Below, piece by piece: positions 9,885-18,231 of a DNA stretch of 64,000 nt. The translations under genes and the position numbers were made by a program. The DNA is taken from positions 6,574-70,573 of the forward strand of contig CAJCCO010000043.1 in NCBI GenBank assembly GCA_903960915.1, in the 5' to 3' direction. The notes under the pieces are model-generated. The model ran no database searches and was not told the DNA's origin. It was given only the letters and a program-made list of their open reading frames with translations. The DNA comes from an uncultured beta proteobacterium. Lineage in GTDB: Bacteria > Pseudomonadota > Gammaproteobacteria > Burkholderiales > Burkholderiaceae_C. How positions within the stretch are numbered: position 1 is the stretch's first letter; each line of letters starts with the position of its first letter.

Positions 9885-10786
9885 GGCGTGACTCCTGCCG
9901 CGTTTTGGCGTGTTTCACAATGGTCTGAGTCAGAACACATATGCAGTCGGGTACCTGCATCGTCGGTAATGACTTCGTCCAAAAACGTGTCACTTGCACC
10001 GCATAACGCGCAGGGTATGTTCCAGCTTTGTATTTCAAAGGGATAGTCCTCAAACCCCAGGTTTTCAACCTTGGTGTAGGGCGGCACGGCATAAATACGT
10101 TTTTCACGGCCAGCACCGAACAGCTGCAGCGCTGGATTGAGGTGCATCTTGGGGTTGTCAAACTTCGGGATGGGCGAGGGCGACATGATGTAACGGTGGT
10201 TCACCAGCACGGGGTAGTCATAGGTGCTGGCAATGTGGCCGTGTTTGGCAATGTCTTCATACAACTTGACGTGCATCAGCCCGTATTCGGCCAGGCTATG
10301 CAGCACGCGAGTTTCAGCTTCACGCGGCTCCAATCGCTGCATGGGCTCAGGCACCGGCACCTGGTACACCAGAACCTGACCTTCGGTTAGGGGGTGCTCG
10401 GGGATGCGGTGGCGGGTCTGAATGAGCGTGGCTTGTGCGGTGTGGGTGGTGATTTGTACGCCCGTGGTCCGCTCAAAAAAGCGCCGGATATTGACGGCAT
10501 TGACAGTGTCGTCGGCACCTTGGTCAATCACTTTGAGCACGTCATCAGGCCCAATCACGGACGCAGTCACCTGAATGCCGCCCGTTCCCCACCCATAGGG
10601 CAAAGGCATTTCGCGCGAGCCGAATGGCACCTGGTAGCCGGGTATCGCAATCGCCTTGAGAATGGCGCGTCGAATCATGCGTTTGGTGCGCTCATCGAGG
10701 TAGGCGAAGTTAAAGTTCTCACCGACTGCAAGCGTCTCGTGCAGGGCGGCGTCGCCGGTATCGGCGATCAGCATAGGCTCAGTCAT
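9881..10786 (-). CDS. phnJ: C-P lyase catalytic subunit PhnJ (alpha-D-ribose 1-methylphosphonate 5-phosphate C-P lyase)
   Basis: 301 aa. The C-terminal Cys cluster CALCGASDTFLDEV...MCSDSDHC and the block YQVPFGSREMPLPYGWGTGG are typical of PhnJ. Confidence 0.9.
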   Translation of the reverse strand: MTEPMLIADTGDAALHETLAVGENFNFAYLDERTKRMIRRAILKAIAIPGYQVPFGSREMPLPYGWGTGGIQVTASVIGPDDVLKVIDQGADDTVNAVNIRRFFERTTGVQITTHTAQATLIQTRHRIPEHPLTEGQVLVYQVPVPEPMQRLEPREAETRVLHSLAEYGLMHVKLYEDIAKHGHIASTYDYPVLVNHRYIMSPSPIPKFDNPKMHLNPALQLFGAGREKRIYAVPPYTKVENLGFEDYPFEIQSWNIPCALCGASDTFLDEVITDDAGTRLHMCSDSDHCETRQNAAGVTP

Positions 10787-11907
10787 GGCTTGCTTTCAAT
10801 GTTGGCAGGAGCGGTGGGCTGCTGGGCTGAGAAGCGCATCTTGCGCACCAGATCCAGCTCGGCCTGAAAGTCCACGTAGTGGGGCAACTTCAAATGCTGA
10901 ATAAAGCCAGAGGCTTCCAGACTGTCGCTGTGCGACAGCACAAACTCCTGCATTTGGGCCGGCGACTGTACGGCGTCGCCGAACTCGTCGACGCGCAGTG
11001 CGCGGTCCACCAGACTCATGGACATGGCCTTTCTTTCGCTGTGTCCAAACGCCAGTCCATAACCGCGGGTGAACTGAGGCGGTTCGGTTTTACTGCCGGC
11101 AAATTGGTTGACCATCTCGCACTCGGTGAGATCAAGCTCGCCGATGGAAATGGCAAAACCCAATTCTTCAGGCGCAATCTCCAGCGACACAGCGCCGACA
11201 CGTATCTCACCCACAAAGGGATGGGTGTAGGAGTAGCCGCGCTGGGTTGAATAGGCCATGGCCAACAAAAAACCCTCGTCACTGCGCGCCAGATTCTGTA
11301 GCCGAGTGGCGCGGTCCGCAGGAAAGCGCAAGGGTTCGCGTGTTAAATCCATGGGTGCCGGGTCGCCCGGAGGAATCGGGGCTTGCTCTATCAAGCCTTC
11401 CTGATTGAGCATATCGACGACGCGTGGCATCGGCTCTGGGGCTTGCAGGTCGGGCACCAGGGCTTTTCCTTCGGCCACATCATGCGCTTCGCTGGCGGCT
11501 TGGGCCAAGAGGGTGAAGTCGAGCAGGCGCTGTGTGTAGTCATACGTTGCGCCCAACACCTGGCCACCCGGCATGTCTTTGAAAGTGGCAGAGACCCGGC
11601 GCTGAACCTGCATTTTGGCGGTATCTAGCGGGACACTGGTGCCCAAGCGTGGCAAGGTGGTGCGGTAAGCCCGTAGCAAAAAGATAGCCTCGACCAGATC
11701 GCCGGCGGCTTGTTTAATGGCCAGTGCGGCTAGCTCTGGGTCGTACACCGAGCCTTCTGTCATGACGCGGTCAACCGCCAAGCGCAGCTGCTGTTGAATT
11801 TGTTCAACGCTCAGCTCGGCAAGCGTAGCGTCACCACGCCTGCGCTGATCGAGTAAGCGGTAACTGTTGAGAATGGCCGCTTCGCCACCTTTTACTGCAA
11901 CATACAT
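10783..11907 (-). CDS. phnI: C-P lyase core complex subunit PhnI
   Basis: 374 aa. MYVAVKGGEAAI is the typical PhnI N-terminus, and the gene lies between phnH and phnJ. Confidence 0.85.
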   Translation of the reverse strand: MYVAVKGGEAAILNSYRLLDQRRRGDATLAELSVEQIQQQLRLAVDRVMTEGSVYDPELAALAIKQAAGDLVEAIFLLRAYRTTLPRLGTSVPLDTAKMQVQRRVSATFKDMPGGQVLGATYDYTQRLLDFTLLAQAASEAHDVAEGKALVPDLQAPEPMPRVVDMLNQEGLIEQAPIPPGDPAPMDLTREPLRFPADRATRLQNLARSDEGFLLAMAYSTQRGYSYTHPFVGEIRVGAVSLEIAPEELGFAISIGELDLTECEMVNQFAGSKTEPPQFTRGYGLAFGHSERKAMSMSLVDRALRVDEFGDAVQSPAQMQEFVLSHSDSLEASGFIQHLKLPHYVDFQAELDLVRKMRFSAQQPTAPANIESKP

Positions 11908-11909
11908 GG

Positions 11910-12542
11910 TCAGACTCCAGAAGGTGAAATTTGTGTGGTGCGGGGCAATCCCACAATGCCATGCGAGGTGGCCAGAACAATGTCGACCCCGCGTGGAAAC
12001 AGGGCCTGGCGGGCATGTTGCTGCTGCAAAAACCGCGCGCGGCTTGAGGGCATGACCGCCTCAATCGTCAAGTAGGCTTTGTCTTGGATACCCGGGCCTG
12101 TGAGCTCCCAGGCCAGGTCCTGGGCGACCGTACTCAGAGCGGGCACATCGATCAAGCAGGTAACCGATAGCTCGGGGCTGATATCCGTGCCCGTGCACAG
12201 TTGGGCTAAGTCGGGCAATTCATCTAGATGGGCAACCCACATAAATTGCGCTTGCTCGGGGGAATCCACCACAGTACAACCGGTGTGAAAGCGCAGCCAA
12301 TGTGCAGCGCTGGTTCCGGCCAGACCCGGTGATAACCACAACGAAGTTTCTGCATCAAGCAGCGCCAGCAAAACAAGCGCTGATGCGCTGCGTGCCGTAT
12401 CGGGCACCTCAGCATCTGACGCCACCTTGACACAGGTTCCTGGGTACGAAAAAGCGGATAAAACACTTCTGAAAACTGCTTGGCTACCGCGCGCCAAATC
12501 GCTAAATCCCGCACCCAGCGTGGCTAAATTCATGGCACTCAT
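11910..12542 (-). CDS. phnH: C-P lyase core complex subunit PhnH
   Basis: Size (210 aa) and position between phnG and phnI fit. The N-terminal SQAVFRSVLSAFSYPG motif is PhnH-like. Confidence 0.8.
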   Translation of the reverse strand: MSAMNLATLGAGFSDLARGSQAVFRSVLSAFSYPGTCVKVASDAEVPDTARSASALVLLALLDAETSLWLSPGLAGTSAAHWLRFHTGCTVVDSPEQAQFMWVAHLDELPDLAQLCTGTDISPELSVTCLIDVPALSTVAQDLAWELTGPGIQDKAYLTIEAVMPSSRARFLQQQHARQALFPRGVDIVLATSHGIVGLPRTTQISPSGV

Positions 12543-13060
12543 TCCTCGTCTCCTTCAGCACCACTGCCGGCTTCACGTGCTACCGTAAAAAATTCAACTT
12601 TGGTGGTGGCCACGTCGGCACTGCGTTGCGCTTCCAACTGTCCCAGATGCAGGCGCAGTGGCTCGAGCAATTGGCTTTGTACCCAACGGGTTTGGGCCGG
12701 GTCTTGAAGTAGCGCGTCCGCTATAGCGGCCAGCTTGGCTTGCTTGGCGATGCGTCCCATCACGTAAGCCACGCCCACGACACCGTTGTCGGTGCTGGTT
12801 TGGCCGTTGGCTTCGGGCAAGCGTAAAGCGCATCGTGTCACGGTGACTTCGCCCAGATTAAAGCGCTGGCCAGTTCCGCCGGTTCGCGCCTCCACCATCA
12901 TCAAACCCGTTTCAGGTCGACGCAACCAAATAGGCGTCAGCTGCCCATGGGCTCCCAAGGCTTGCTCCAACATGGCTATTGGTGCACGAGCGAGCAATGC
13001 CATCCAGCGCGGGCGCGTCAACGGGGGTGCCGAAAATGAGTTGTCAAATGCTTGCAACAT
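12539..13060 (-). CDS. phnG: C-P lyase core complex subunit PhnG
   Basis: 173 aa and first gene of the phnGHIJKLM run. The RPRWMALLA...LRRPETGLMMV block is PhnG-like. Confidence 0.8.
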   Translation of the reverse strand: MLQAFDNSFSAPPLTRPRWMALLARAPIAMLEQALGAHGQLTPIWLRRPETGLMMVEARTGGTGQRFNLGEVTVTRCALRLPEANGQTSTDNGVVGVAYVMGRIAKQAKLAAIADALLQDPAQTRWVQSQLLEPLRLHLGQLEAQRSADVATTKVEFFTVAREAGSGAEGDEE

Positions 13061-13079
13061 TAAAATGCTATCCTAAAAG

Positions 13080-13091
13080 TTGTGTAGACAA
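13080..13091. promoter_or_regulatory. Candidate PhnF (HutC/GntR) operator in the phnG/phnF divergent region
   Basis: TTGTGTAGACAA is a TTGT-N-TA-N-ACAA palindrome, the GT.TA.AC core typical of HutC-subfamily operators. It lies 20 nt upstream of the phnG ATG and 46 nt upstream of the phnF ATG. Confidence 0.45.
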
Positions 13092-13136
13092 ATTTATTCA
13101 TCTAGGCAAATCTTAGAGTTCTTCTGTGTAGGTTTC

Positions 13137-13889
13137 ATGACATTCACCACCATCTCATCCACAAAGTCGCATGCTTCAGAAAGAGAAAGTTTCTGGGAGC
13201 AAATTGCGACCGAAATCACCGCAGCGATTTCGAATGGCACCTACCTGCCGGGGCAGCGTCTGCCCACTGAGCATTCGCTGGCTAATCAATTTGGTGTTAA
13301 CCGCCATACCATTCGCCGATCGCTGTCCAACCTGTGCAATCAGGGTTTGTTGCGTGTCATTCAGGGCAGCGGTACGTATGTGGAGGAATTTGCTGTTGAC
13401 CTGTTGCTGACCAAGCGCACGCGTTTGCACCAAAGTCTGGAACAGGCGGGACTCAAAGGGGGCTTGCAGGTGCTGAAGAGCCAAACGGTGGTGGCTAGTG
13501 CAGATCTCGCGCACAAATTGAAGGTTCCGGTGCGCACCAAACTTTTGCTAATGCAAACCATTGGCGAAGCTTCGAATTTTCCGCTCAGCGTGAGCGAGCG
13601 CTACTTTCCTTTGCCGCGCTTTTCTGGGCTCGAGGCCAGCGTGCTACAGACCGGCTCCATCACGGCCGCCTTCAGTGCCTGTGGCGTGGCAGATTACACC
13701 CGCCTAACCAGTCGCATCACGGCCGATATGCCCAAGGTCGAATTGGCGGGCCTGTTGAAGCAGCCGGCTACCCGCCCGGTGCTGCTGGTGGAAAGTGTCA
13801 ATATCGACGCGCAAGGCGTGCCCATCGAATTTGCAACAACTTGGTTTGCGGGCGACCGCGTGAGCCTCACTGTCAATACCCATGAATAA
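13137..13889 (+). CDS. phnF: Phosphonate metabolism transcriptional regulator PhnF (GntR/HutC family)
   Basis: wHTH LPTEHSLANQFGVNRHTIRRSLSNLCNQGLLRVIQGSGTYV plus a UTRA-like C-terminal domain. Start moved to the ATG at 13137, because the track start at 13080 is a TTG inside the operator-like palindrome. Confidence 0.85.
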   Translation: MTFTTISSTKSHASERESFWEQIATEITAAISNGTYLPGQRLPTEHSLANQFGVNRHTIRRSLSNLCNQGLLRVIQGSGTYVEEFAVDLLLTKRTRLHQSLEQAGLKGGLQVLKSQTVVASADLAHKLKVPVRTKLLLMQTIGEASNFPLSVSERYFPLPRFSGLEASVLQTGSITAAFSACGVADYTRLTSRITADMPKVELAGLLKQPATRPVLLVESVNIDAQGVPIEFATTWFAGDRVSLTVNTHE

Positions 13890-14616
13890 ATCACATCTAC
13901 CCATGTGGGTTTCCAATGCTTCGGCGTTTCATCGCTTTGCCGCGTATTTCGCGCCAGCCCAGGAAAGTGCCTTGTGGCAAGCGGGCCACCACTGGTTAGG
14001 CCTGGACCCGAACAGCGGACAGGCCCTTTTGCCCACAACGACAGGGCGACTGTCCGGGCCTTTGAACGGTGTGATGGATGCACCACGACGCTATGGCTGG
14101 CACGCCACCCTGAAGGCGCCGTTTTCACTGGCGCCAGGCCTCACAGGGGCTGACTTGCACGAGGCCATGCAGGCCCTATGTTCTTTGCACTGCACTTTTG
14201 TCATGCCTTCGCTTAAGGTGCTGCAAGTCGATAATTTTTTAGCCTTGGTGCCAGTGCAAGTGTCGCCAGAAATTCAGGGTGTTGCCGATGCCTGCGTGAT
14301 GACCTTGCACCCTTTGGCGCAAGCACTACCGCCATCAGAGGTGCAACGACGACGGGGCCGTGGTTTGTCGGATGAACAGGAGCGTATGTTGCAGCAATGG
14401 GGTTACCCCTACGTACTGAAACAGTTTCAATTTCACATGTCGTTGACCGGTTCTCTGACAGGCGTTTCTGCCCAGGACGTGCAACTTTTGATGGCGCAGG
14501 CGCAGTCCATTTTTGAAGGGCTTGCGCCCACTCGGTTTGATGGCGTTGCCCTGGTGGGCGAGCCCTTGGCTGGCGCCGCTTTTAAGCTGCTCCACCGTTA
14601 CCCGTTCAGCGCATGA
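13882..14616 (+). CDS. DUF1045 putative phosphonate metabolism protein (2H-phosphoesterase-like; likely functional substitute for PhnP)
   Basis: 244 aa. FHRFAAYFAP...GWHATLKAPF...FHMSLTG contains two H-x-T/S-like motifs of the 2H fold. It overlaps phnF by 8 nt and phnN by 4 nt. Confidence 0.7.
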   Translation: MNKSHLPMWVSNASAFHRFAAYFAPAQESALWQAGHHWLGLDPNSGQALLPTTTGRLSGPLNGVMDAPRRYGWHATLKAPFSLAPGLTGADLHEAMQALCSLHCTFVMPSLKVLQVDNFLALVPVQVSPEIQGVADACVMTLHPLAQALPPSEVQRRRGRGLSDEQERMLQQWGYPYVLKQFQFHMSLTGSLTGVSAQDVQLLMAQAQSIFEGLAPTRFDGVALVGEPLAGAAFKLLHRYPFSA

Positions 14617-15185
14617 GCGCCCGCCTGATCTACGTGCTGGGCCCCTCGGGGGCGGGTAAAGACAGCGTTCTGGATTGGCTCAAGACCCACATTGCGGGCC
14701 ATCCAGAAGTCAATGCGCAGGTTCACTGGACGCAACGTTCCATCACCCGAGCTGCGGTGGTAGGCGGCGAGGCCCACGAGTCTCTCTCTGTGGAAACTTT
14801 TGAACAATTGGAATTGGCGGGCGCCTTTGCACTGTCCTGGCAAGCCAATGGATTGAGCTACGCGATTCGCCGCGAAGAGCTCAGTCCCCTGCTCCAGGGT
14901 GGCTGGGTTTTTGTGAATGGTTCGCGCGCCTATTTGCCAATAGCCAGTCGATTATTTCCAGACCTCACAGTGCTGCACATCACGGCCAGTATGCAAAGCT
15001 TGCGTCAGCGTCTGTTGGCGCGCGGGCGCGAGTCCCATGAACGTATCGACGCGCGTTTGGCCCGAACGGCAGAGATGGGTCCCTTGCATCACCCGCGCAT
15101 GATGGAGGTGAGCAATGACCTGACCTTGGAGGAAACAGGGCAAGCCGTTCTGGCCCAGCTCAAGCAATTGCCAGGATGGCCGTAA
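14613..15185 (+). CDS. phnN: Ribose 1,5-bisphosphokinase PhnN
   Basis: 190 aa with P-loop LIYVLGPSGAGKDSVL. It has a guanylate-kinase-like size and phn context. Confidence 0.85.
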   Translation: MSARLIYVLGPSGAGKDSVLDWLKTHIAGHPEVNAQVHWTQRSITRAAVVGGEAHESLSVETFEQLELAGAFALSWQANGLSYAIRREELSPLLQGGWVFVNGSRAYLPIASRLFPDLTVLHITASMQSLRQRLLARGRESHERIDARLARTAEMGPLHHPRMMEVSNDLTLEETGQAVLAQLKQLPGWP

Positions 15186-15249
15186 ACCGCCTAAGGTGTG
15201 CCAAATTTTTCCATCATGGTGCCGGTTTACTGAAAAATACCGGACTTTG

Positions 15250-15420
15250 ATGAGACCCATTGCCATGCATTCCGGCTGCCCCCTCATCTACCGCACCGCC
15301 GACCAATGCCACGGCCCCAATTTTGGTTTTCACCCGCATTCGGGCATTGCCACCTTGACCTATCCGCTGTCGTTTGTGGTGTGGCCTGGGTGTTTGCGCA
15401 GTCGGTCCAATTGCAGGTGA
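15250..15420 (+). pseudogene. Possible remnant of a pirin-family gene
   Basis: A short ORF contains HGPNFGFHPHSGIATLTYP, resembling the pirin N-terminal metal motif GF..HPHRG.ET.TY. There is no full-length reading frame, and it sits in a 280-bp gap. Confidence 0.3.
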
Positions 15421-15465
15421 GCGGCAAAACGCTGGTGCGCGAGCTGGCGGTGTTTGAAGAAGGGT

Positions 15466-16377
15466 TTAGGTTCGCGCCAGTTGCTGGCGAATAAATTGCG
15501 CGGTGACCTGCAGTGCGTCGCGTGCTTCCGGCAGGAGCCGGGCAAACACAGGAAAAGCATGCGGGGTCTTGGGCCAGGCCCGGATCTGCACTTGACCGCC
15601 TTGTGTCTGTATTTTTTGGTGCAGGCGTTGGGCATCGTCCAACAGAATTTCGGTCGTGCTGGCGATGATCAGGCCGGGCGGCAACCCGGCCACATTGCCC
15701 AACAGCGGGGAGAGTCGCACATCGTCGGGGGCGCGTCCGGGTGCATACAGGGCCACCGCTTCATGCAGCACTTGTTGGGTCAGCATCACATCGGTCTTGG
15801 CATTGGCGGTGTAGCTGGGGCCTTGGTTGTTCAGATCGAGCCAGGGCGAGAACAGGAAAAATGCTTGCGGCAGCGGCAGACCGGCGTCGCGAATGGCTTG
15901 TAGCGTGGCCAAGGTGATGTTGCCACCGGCGCTGTCACCGCCCATCACGATCTGCGTGGCGGCGGTGCCTTGCAGCAGTAGCGCGCGGTACACGGCCAAC
16001 GCGTCATCCAGCGCCGCTGGAAACGGGTGTTCTGGGGCCAGCCGGTAGTCCACCATCAGCAGGCGAAGGCCGGCTTTCTCCGCCAGGTGCGCCGCCATGT
16101 CGCGGTGGCTGTTAGGCCCGCCCATGACAAAAGCTCCGCCATGAAAATACACACAGACCGGGCCATTACCCGTGTTGGCCAGGGCTTGCGGCATGACCCA
16201 TTCAACCGGCACGCCCGCCAGTTCACTGGACTGAACGTGGGTGCGTGCGTTGACCCGGCTGAGGTCTTTCGCCATGAATCGGCGCTGGCGTTTGAAGCGG
16301 TGCTCGGGGCTGAGCTTTCTGAGCGAGCGTTGATTCCATTGAATCAAGGCTTGGAGGAAAAAATTTTGCAGGCTCAC
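15466..16377 (-). CDS. Alpha/beta hydrolase, HSL-type esterase/lipase
   Basis: Oxyanion motif VYFHGGAFVMGG and nucleophile elbow GDSAGG. The preferred GTG start at 16377 forms a GTGA overlap with the stop of the upstream monooxygenase; the track's ATG at 16449 is an alternative. Confidence 0.85.
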   Translation of the reverse strand: MSLQNFFLQALIQWNQRSLRKLSPEHRFKRQRRFMAKDLSRVNARTHVQSSELAGVPVEWVMPQALANTGNGPVCVYFHGGAFVMGGPNSHRDMAAHLAEKAGLRLLMVDYRLAPEHPFPAALDDALAVYRALLLQGTAATQIVMGGDSAGGNITLATLQAIRDAGLPLPQAFFLFSPWLDLNNQGPSYTANAKTDVMLTQQVLHEAVALYAPGRAPDDVRLSPLLGNVAGLPPGLIIASTTEILLDDAQRLHQKIQTQGGQVQIRAWPKTPHAFPVFARLLPEARDALQVTAQFIRQQLART

Positions 16378-17864
16378 CGGTTGCCCTCCGTCAGGTAGTC
16401 GTTGGCGTTGAAGCGGGCCAACCGCCAGCGCATGTAATAGGTGGTCCACGGCCAGTTGGTGCTGTTGCGGCCATTCTTGTCAATGAAGTAGCTGCTGCAG
16501 CCACTGTTCCAGACGCTGCGCTGCAAGGACTGTTGAAGCAACAGGTTGTAACGCGCCGATTTCACCGGGTCCACCGCGATGGTGGCCAAGGATTTTTTGC
16601 GGGCGGTGAGCACGGCAGAGCCAATGAACTTCAATTGCGCCTCAAGAATCACAAACGCCGAGGTGAAGCTGTAAAGGTTGGGGCCAAAGGTCAGAAAGAG
16701 GTTGGGGCAGTCTGGCGTCATGGTGCCAAAGTAGGCCTGCGGAGAACCTTGCCATTGCGTGCTGAGCAGTTGTCCGCTGGCGCCCACAATGTGATGCGCA
16801 ATGGGCGGGTTGGCCACCTCAAAGCCGGTGGCGAAAATGAGGGCGTCCACTTCAGCACGGGCACCGTTGCTGGCGACCACCGTTTGGCCTTGAATACGGG
16901 CAACGCCCGGCAGCACCTCCACCTGCTTATGCGCCAGCGCGCGGTACCAGGTGTTGGACATCAGAATGCGTTTGCAGCCAATAGAAAAGTCAGGGGTCAC
17001 CTGGGCCTTGAGCGCGGGGTCTTGAATACTGCGTTGAATATGTCGCAGCCCAACGCCTTGCAGGCGCTTGAGCAGGGCCGGGTACTTCAGGCAGACGTTG
17101 AGCAATTCAAACTGCTGGTAAAGCAGCCAGCGCAGCCCCGACTGAACCACCGGCAAGCGTTTGAAAATGGTCTGCCAGCGGGGCGAAATGGCGGCATCCA
17201 TTTTGGGTAAAACCCAGGGCGCGGTACGTTGAAAAAGTGACAGCCGCTGGACCTGCCTATGAATTTTGGGAACGAATTGAATGGCCGAAGCCCCGGAGCC
17301 AATCACTGCCACCCGTTGCTGGGTCAAGTCGTAGGCATGGTTCCACTGGGCTGAGTGAAAGCGCGTGCCGGTGAAGGTGTCCAGCCCCGGTATATCGGGG
17401 ACGATGGGCGTGTGCATGGGGCCGCAAGCCATCACCACGAACTTGGCGGTGTAGGTGCCTGCAGAGGTCTCCAGCTGCCAATGTTTTTTGTCCACCAGCC
17501 AGCGGGCCATAAGCAGCTCGGTCTGCAGACGAACCAAGGGCAGCACGCCAAAACGGCGTGCCGTGTCCACGGTGTACTGTTTGATTTCTGCCTGCGTGGC
17601 GAACCACCGGCTCCAGTGGGGGTTGGGGGCGAACGAATAAGAGTAAAGCGCCGAGGGAATGTCGCAGCCGCAGCCGGGGTAGTTGTTGTCACGCCAGACG
17701 CCGCCAATGGCCGCGGCTTTTTCCAGCACCAGCAGGTCAATGCCCTGCGCCCGCAGCTGAATGGCCGCACCGAGTCCGGCAAACCCGGCGCCCACGATGA
17801 TGACTTCGTGGTGGGCCAGCGCGGTTGCGGACTCAGCAGCGGGTGGCGTTGAAGACCTGGGCAT
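16374..17864 (-). CDS. Flavin-dependent (Baeyer-Villiger-type) monooxygenase
   Basis: 496 aa with an FAD Rossmann VIIVGAGFAGLGAA. The BVMO fingerprint FxGxxxHxxxW is present as FTGTRFHSAQW, plus a second dinucleotide motif VAVIGSGASA. Confidence 0.85.
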   Translation of the reverse strand: MPRSSTPPAAESATALAHHEVIIVGAGFAGLGAAIQLRAQGIDLLVLEKAAAIGGVWRDNNYPGCGCDIPSALYSYSFAPNPHWSRWFATQAEIKQYTVDTARRFGVLPLVRLQTELLMARWLVDKKHWQLETSAGTYTAKFVVMACGPMHTPIVPDIPGLDTFTGTRFHSAQWNHAYDLTQQRVAVIGSGASAIQFVPKIHRQVQRLSLFQRTAPWVLPKMDAAISPRWQTIFKRLPVVQSGLRWLLYQQFELLNVCLKYPALLKRLQGVGLRHIQRSIQDPALKAQVTPDFSIGCKRILMSNTWYRALAHKQVEVLPGVARIQGQTVVASNGARAEVDALIFATGFEVANPPIAHHIVGASGQLLSTQWQGSPQAYFGTMTPDCPNLFLTFGPNLYSFTSAFVILEAQLKFIGSAVLTARKKSLATIAVDPVKSARYNLLLQQSLQRSVWNSGCSSYFIDKNGRNSTNWPWTTYYMRWRLARFNANDYLTEGNR

Positions 17865-18044
17865 GGATGGAGCGGTTGATGTAATTGCTGAATTGCAGAA
17901 GAACGTAGGCTGTCAAAGGCAGCAGCTTAAATCATAGGCAGCAGTCAGCCGCTCGCCTAACGCCTTAGTCACGTGGGTGACCTGCGCGTTTAATAGGCCG
18001 CTGGCTATACCGCCACGGCCTTGTGGTTTTTTTGGAGCGAAGAC

Positions 18045-18200
18045 ATGAAGCAAGCCCATGAAGCGCAGTCACTGCTGTGGGTGCCTGGACTGATGTGTGA
18101 TCAAGCCGTCTGGGCGCCGCTGCAGGGCGTGGCCTTGCTGTGCGAGAGGGTAACCTTGGCTATCATTGAAGACGCACCAGCCCCGAACCCGGCGGCTTAG
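18045..18200 (+). pseudogene. Possible N-terminal fragment of an alpha/beta-hydrolase gene
   Basis: Own translation gives MKQAHEAQSLLWVPGLMCDQAVWAPLQGVALLCERVTLAIIEDAPAPNPAA*. The PG..CD..(V/L)WAP motif resembles the first strand/loop of a hydrolase family. Only 51 codons remain. Confidence 0.3.
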
Positions 18201-18231
18201 CCGAATTTTTCAGTAACCCATGGATTGAAGG

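Noticed and set aside
13080-13136. Track start (TTG at 13080) for phnF giving an N-terminal MCRQIYSSRQILEFFCVGF extension
   Set aside because: The extension begins inside the operator-like palindrome and only 20 nt from the divergent phnG start. It also has no GntR-like sequence. The ATG at 13137 is the more plausible start.
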